NCBI GenBank assembly: GCA_965249725.1
Contig: CBDFMQ010000002.1
Span: 896,001-960,000 of the forward strand
Source: Longimicrobiales bacterium
Lineage (GTDB): Bacteria; Gemmatimonadota; Gemmatimonadetes; Longimicrobiales; Gaopeijiaceae
Length of the DNA: 64,000 nt
Reading direction: 5' to 3'
Both the position numbers and the translations under genes were made by a program. Positions 59,371 to 64,000 of the stretch are shown one piece after another. Below the pieces are notes generated by a model. The model saw only the letters and a list, made by a program, of their open reading frames with translations. It did no database searches and was not told where the DNA came from. Position 1 is the stretch's first letter. Every line of letters starts with the position of its first letter.

Positions 59371-61989
59371 TCAGTTGGGCACCCGCTCCTTCAACTCCTC
59401 GAAGAAGTTCTGGACCCATATGAACTCACCGCTCGGGTCGCTATTCCTGATCATCAGAAACCTCTCACCATCCGCCGTAACGTCGTATGCGCGATGGTTG
59501 GACTCTCGGCGATACAAGTCTGTCGCGAAGAGCGTGCGGCGACGCAGGGCCGCAAACGTGGGGCTCGTCTGAACTTCCACCGCCACCATCTGCTCGTCTG
59601 CGTTTCTGTAGAAGATCTCGTTTCCAGCAGGTGACCAAAGCGGCTCGACTCCACCGTCCCTCGAGACGACCCAATCTTCATCACCGTCGGGAAATGGCCG
59701 GACGTGAATCTGATCTTGTCCAGTGGCATCGGACATGAAGACGAGCCACCGGCCGTCCGGCGACAGACTCGGGACCCTCTCATGCGCATCCGTAGCCAAC
59801 ATGGGATCGGGCACGCTGTCGATGCCGACTCGCATTCTAAGAATGTCCCGTGTGCCGCCTGAGAGACCGCCCCCTTTTCGGAAGACCAGCCAAGCACCAT
59901 CCCGAGACCAGAGTACCTCCTCGATTCCCTGGCTTCCGGCCGCCAACTCCACTGCGGCTCCACCTCCCACCGTCGATCTTACATAGGCATTTAGGTCGCC
60001 ACTCTGATCTGAGATGAACCCCACCGCTCGCCCATCTGGCCGCCAGGATGGTCTCCAGTTCAGACTCCCAACAGTCGTGAGACGCAAGAGCGGGCCACCC
60101 CCTAAGTCTCTGACCGAGACGTGTTCTTCACCCCTGTCCGAGATACTCACGGCGAGGCGCGTGCCGTCTGGAGACAAGGCCACTGTGCGAAAGGTCTCCA
60201 CCCAACCCGACTCCACCGGCTCGGCTGTACCGTCCCGTTTGATCCAGAACAGTTCGGCTAACTCGTTGGTGGAGTGGCTTCGATAAAGGAGGTGACCATC
60301 CGCCGACATGGCGAGCTGCATCGACCCAAACTGACCGAATTCAACACCACCGAATAGCACGGTCGGCGGCCCGTCCATCCTTAATTTATCCTGGTCAAAG
60401 CGGGCCGCCTCTAGCGTACCTTCAGAGGTGGCGTATATCAGATGGCCGGTCACCGCATACAAAGCCCGTACACCCGATACGAGGATCTGGTGTTGCCCTG
60501 TATCGAGATCGACCACCGCTATCTCGTTTCGCGAGACGTCTCCTCCATGCCTGACCGTGAACAACACACCCTTGCCGTTTGGAAGCGCATGCGGGAAGAC
60601 GTGTCTATTCTCACCGGATTGCAGCATGGTGACTTGCTCGGGCGGCACTCCGCCGGAGGATCTCACCCTGGCCAAACCCGTTAGCGATTCAACGTAAATA
60701 TTCTCGTCCGGTCCCCAGTCCACACGTCCGCCCGTCACATCCGTCACATCGAGATCGGCAATCTTGACCGGAGGAGCGCCGCCAAACGACACCACCAACA
60801 ACTCGTTGAGGGAATTAACGAAGGCGAGCTGCCGACCGTCAGGCGAGAAAGACAAAGTCTTCGCGCTCTCGGATCCCGGGATAGGCGATGCATTGAGCAA
60901 GTTCATCTCACGTTGCCACAGACGCTCAACACCGGCTTCGTCTCGGCCCACATAGGCAAGGCGGTCACCACTCGGCGAAATATCGAGAACCCTGACATCG
61001 ATTGGGAACGACAACCGATGACGCACGACCTGTGACTGATCCGGCGCTAGCCACCCCCATAGGGCGACACCAACAGCGACGATCAACGCTACTTCCAAGA
61101 CTCTTCGGCGGGGCTTGACCCCGTCGCGACCCGCCTGCGCCTCTCCATGCCTGAACGCAAGATCGCCCAGAGCCCTCGCGAACTCCTGGGACGACTTGAA
61201 CCGATCCGCTGGTAGCTTCTCCAACGCCTTTCGGATCGCTGAATCCACGTTGGCGGGGATCGACGCCCGCTTCTCCGTCGCCGAGATGTGTTTGGACGAA
61301 ATGATCTGGCCGAGAACAGCCTGAGCCGTGCTCCCCATGTAAGGCGGGTCGCCAGTCAGCATCTCGTACAGGACCGAGCCCAGCGCATAGGTGTCGGTGG
61401 ACGCGCCCACGAACTGATCGCCCGTGGCCTGTTCTGGGCTCATGTAGAACGGGGTGCCTAAGCTAAGGCCGGTCTCCGTCAAACGCCCTCCACCCGCAGC
61501 ACCCACAGCCAACGCGATGCCGAAGTCCGCGATCAAGGGTCGCCCCTCGTGCAGCATGATGTTGGCGGGCTTGATGTCGCGGTGGATGACCTTGTTGCGG
61601 TGCGCGTAGTCGAGCGCTTCGGCTAGGTCCGTGGTGATCTTCACCGCTTCGTCCACGGGGAGCTGATGCTCGCGGTCCAGTCTGTCCCTTAACGACTCGC
61701 CCTCAATGAAGGGCATCACGTAATAGAGGAACGTGTCGGCTTCGCCCGAGTCGTGGAGAGGCAGGATGTTCGGGTGAGTCAGGTTGGCAGTCGTCTTGAT
61801 CTCGGCGAGGAAGCGTTCGGCTCCAACCACTGCAGCCAGTTCGGGCTTCAGGACCTTCAGCGCCACCTTGCGCTCGTGCTTCAGGTCATCGGCAAAGTAG
61901 ACCGTAGCCATCCCACCTTCACCAAGCTCTCGCTCTATGGCGTAGCGGCCCTCTAGGGCTGCGTTCAGACGAGCGACTGGATCGGACAT
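59371..61989 (-). CDS. Hanks-type Ser/Thr kinase with TM and TolB/PD40-like beta-propeller
   Basis: GEGGMATV, VALK, HRDIKPAN, DFG, YMSPEQ; repeated SPDG. Confidence 0.95.
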   Translation of the reverse strand: MSDPVARLNAALEGRYAIERELGEGGMATVYFADDLKHERKVALKVLKPELAAVVGAERFLAEIKTTANLTHPNILPLHDSGEADTFLYYVMPFIEGESLRDRLDREHQLPVDEAVKITTDLAEALDYAHRNKVIHRDIKPANIMLHEGRPLIADFGIALAVGAAGGGRLTETGLSLGTPFYMSPEQATGDQFVGASTDTYALGSVLYEMLTGDPPYMGSTAQAVLGQIISSKHISATEKRASIPANVDSAIRKALEKLPADRFKSSQEFARALGDLAFRHGEAQAGRDGVKPRRRVLEVALIVAVGVALWGWLAPDQSQVVRHRLSFPIDVRVLDISPSGDRLAYVGRDEAGVERLWQREMNLLNASPIPGSESAKTLSFSPDGRQLAFVNSLNELLVVSFGGAPPVKIADLDVTDVTGGRVDWGPDENIYVESLTGLARVRSSGGVPPEQVTMLQSGENRHVFPHALPNGKGVLFTVRHGGDVSRNEIAVVDLDTGQHQILVSGVRALYAVTGHLIYATSEGTLEAARFDQDKLRMDGPPTVLFGGVEFGQFGSMQLAMSADGHLLYRSHSTNELAELFWIKRDGTAEPVESGWVETFRTVALSPDGTRLAVSISDRGEEHVSVRDLGGGPLLRLTTVGSLNWRPSWRPDGRAVGFISDQSGDLNAYVRSTVGGGAAVELAAGSQGIEEVLWSRDGAWLVFRKGGGLSGGTRDILRMRVGIDSVPDPMLATDAHERVPSLSPDGRWLVFMSDATGQDQIHVRPFPDGDEDWVVSRDGGVEPLWSPAGNEIFYRNADEQMVAVEVQTSPTFAALRRRTLFATDLYRRESNHRAYDVTADGERFLMIRNSDPSGEFIWVQNFFEELKERVPN

Positions 61990-61991
61990 CG

Positions 61992-62270
61992 CTAGTAACT
62001 CATGTCCTCCACATCTTCCGAGAACCAGAACTCGGGCGGACTCTCCACACCTGCTTGGCCCATGGCGGCCTTCAGCGCCTCCGAGTTCGCATGGGCTCTT
62101 GCCGTGGCGATGTCGGGGAAGGCTTCCGTCACGACAACTAGATTCGGGTCGTCGGGATCGCGGTGCACTGTGGCGCGAGTACAGCCATCACCCTTCCGAT
62201 CATACTCGTCGTAGACCCGCTTCCAAGCCGTGTAGTCCTTTACCTTGTGCCGAATGAACAGGGTGACCAT
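61992..62270 (-). CDS. Small dimeric alpha/beta-barrel ('cyclase'/ABM-like) protein
   Basis: IRHKVKDY..WK..YD, L..AM..AGV...PE; GAGGAGG RBS. Confidence 0.75.
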   Translation of the reverse strand: MVTLFIRHKVKDYTAWKRVYDEYDRKGDGCTRATVHRDPDDPNLVVVTEAFPDIATARAHANSEALKAAMGQAGVESPPEFWFSEDVEDMSY

Positions 62271-62409
62271 TGGCTGCCTCCTCTTTCTTCCTAAATGGCT
62301 ACATCGTACTGGCTGCGTTCAGGCGGGTAACTAGGATCGGACACAGGCACCCTCCACGATCAGGCGGTGCGCAGGGCCGTAAAGCCTTGCGGCGCTTAGT
62401 GTTCCTAAG

Positions 62410-62483
<74 letters not shown>

Positions 62484-62607
62484 AAGGTGGCCACCCGCGT
62501 CGTGCACGCGCCCGCGCATGGACATGCGGGAAGATAACTATGTCGCGCTTCCCCTTGGACCCCACCGACCAGAGCTTCCCTGCTAGAGTCGTATGCCGCA
62601 GTTCCCC

Positions 62608-63138
62608 CTACTCGACTCGTCGCAAGGTCAAGATTTCGGTCACACTCGGAGCGGAAGTCCCATCCGCTCCCACGACATCTTGCCCTGTCAGCGTCAGCAC
62701 GTCCCCGTCGACTCGAAACTCTGACGTCGCCTGGCCGCCAACGAAACCCGGGCTCTTCGCGATGATCGGATGGAACGTCACCGTGGACCCGTTGATCTCG
62801 TAGGTCCCCGTGTTGACGATGATGCTCTCGTGCTGAGCCACCATCTCTTCTGCCGTGGGCTGGAATGTCGTCGCGGAGGGCACGCGGGGTTCGGCACCTG
62901 GCGCGTAGACCGCACTGTAGTAGCCGTCGGCGAAGATGTAGAGCCCCGGCTGTGACGGATCGTTGGCCGGCGAGCCGTCGCCCGAATCGGCGATCGTTAA
63001 CGACCAAACACCCTGGAGCGGGTTCACCGAAGCGGCGGAATCCACTGGCGCGTCTTGGGTGCACGAGATACTGACGATCGACCCTAGGAGCACGGCCCCG
63101 GACAAGAACGGGCGAATACGAATCGGGATCATTATCAC
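62608..63138 (-). CDS. Lipocalin-like hypothetical lipoprotein
   Basis: SISC lipobox-like site, LQGVW, TGTYEING. Confidence 0.65.
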   Translation of the reverse strand: MIMIPIRIRPFLSGAVLLGSIVSISCTQDAPVDSAASVNPLQGVWSLTIADSGDGSPANDPSQPGLYIFADGYYSAVYAPGAEPRVPSATTFQPTAEEMVAQHESIIVNTGTYEINGSTVTFHPIIAKSPGFVGGQATSEFRVDGDVLTLTGQDVVGADGTSAPSVTEILTLRRVE

Positions 63139-63475
63139 TCCTTTGTAATGGTCAGACGGTCCGCCTGCATCTCACTGTGCGCCCAAGATGTGGCCTGGGG
63201 GTGAAGCGCGCGACCTTTCGCTGGTTTTTCTTGCTTCAGAACCCTCTCCGCCCTTACGCTGTGGCACCCCGCCGAGCACTCCCGCTAACCCTTTACGCAG
63301 CGGTGGTCCATGGATCGTAAGAGCCAGCAGTTCGGTGGCTATGCGTCGTGAACGGGCAGGGCGATGGTTGGATTGATGCGAGGCTGTTAGTCCCCTACCG
63401 GCTCCCTCAACCCCTCGACGAAGTTCTCGACAAGGATCGGGCAAGTCGCTACTGCCAGCATCCGGGCGCGCCATC

Positions 63476-63838
63476 CTAGGTGCCGTGAAAGGCAACTGGC
63501 TTGCCACGTGGCTCCGGTTCCAGATCCGGTTGGCTCGAGTCCGTGAAAACCTCGTGCAACTCGAGCTGGCTCGGCTGCATGAACGCTTCTTGCGGAAGCG
63601 TGCCGGAGCGTGCATGCCTTTTCACAAACTCGTCCGACTTTACCCACGCATCGAACGCGGCCCGGGATTCCCACAGTGTCAGGACAATGTATGGGTCTCC
63701 CGGATTGACTGGGCGCAGTACCTTGTTCCAGATAAAGCCGGGCATCCCGTCCACCAGTCGCGCTCGTGTCTGGAAGCGCTGCTCGAGCTGCTCGGCGTAC
63801 TCCGGCACCACATAGATCCGGTTCATGGCGGTGATCAT
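63476..63838 (-). CDS. ABM / IsdG-like monooxygenase
   Basis: AMNRI.V, E.RF, PGF, T.WES..AF.AW..S..F...H. Confidence 0.82.
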   Translation of the reverse strand: MITAMNRIYVVPEYAEQLEQRFQTRARLVDGMPGFIWNKVLRPVNPGDPYIVLTLWESRAAFDAWVKSDEFVKRHARSGTLPQEAFMQPSQLELHEVFTDSSQPDLEPEPRGKPVAFHGT

Positions 63839-63844
63839 TCTCGG

Positions 63845-63982
63845 TTACTCTCCATGGGGTTTGCGGCTGTGCTTCAGATCGTCGGCCAAGTAGACCGTAG
63901 CCATCCCGCCTTCGCCCAACTCACGCCCGATAGCGTAGCGGCCTTCTAGGGCTGCATTCAGACGGGATACAGCGTCAGACAT
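63845..63982 (-). pseudogene. N-terminal remnant (45 aa) of a Ser/Thr kinase gene
   Basis: MSDAVSRLNAALEGRYAIGRELGEGGMATVYLADDLKHSRK then PHGE*; near-identical to the start of 59371-61989. Confidence 0.88.
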
Positions 63983-64000
63983 GGCCGCAAGATCGCCTAG

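Larger units (their letters stand above)
47951..62409. mobile_element. tRNA-Arg-anchored genomic island remnant, no integrase visible
   Basis: Direct repeat of tRNA 3' half at both ends, pseudogenes, visibly lower-GC ABC block. Confidence 0.75.

Overview
GC-rich diderm bacterial chromosome segment. Gene content and the MSDxxxRLNAALEGRY...EELKERVPN kinase family suggest Gemmatimonadota (inference). Five blocks: (1) 1-18.7 kb, a + strand core operon pyrG-kdsA-kdsC-kdsD-lptC-lptA-like-lptB-rpoN running into a surface-glycosylation cluster (GT2, wecB, GT4, YfhO-like GT-C, flippase-like, Dpm1-like, acyltransferase, methyltransferase) and rlpA. (2) A canonical-looking XerCD dif site at 18787-18814, where gene orientation flips, so probably the replication terminus. 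(3) 27-36 kb, a complete quinohemoprotein amine dehydrogenase cluster (qhpG-A-D-C-B-F-E) whose gamma subunit has a fifth Cys with crosslink-like spacing. (4) 36-47 kb, exported amine/peptide-acting enzymes. (5) A ~14.5 kb integrase-less island between an intact tRNA-Arg(CCT) (62410-62483) and a displaced tRNA 3' half (47818-47950) that carries an 88-bp hairpin insertion in its T-loop. The right part of the island is a cassette-like array of small co-oriented genes separated by two families of short repeats and by terminal remnants of Ser/Thr kinase genes. This array is the most unusual feature. All calls come from motif reading only; no searches were run.
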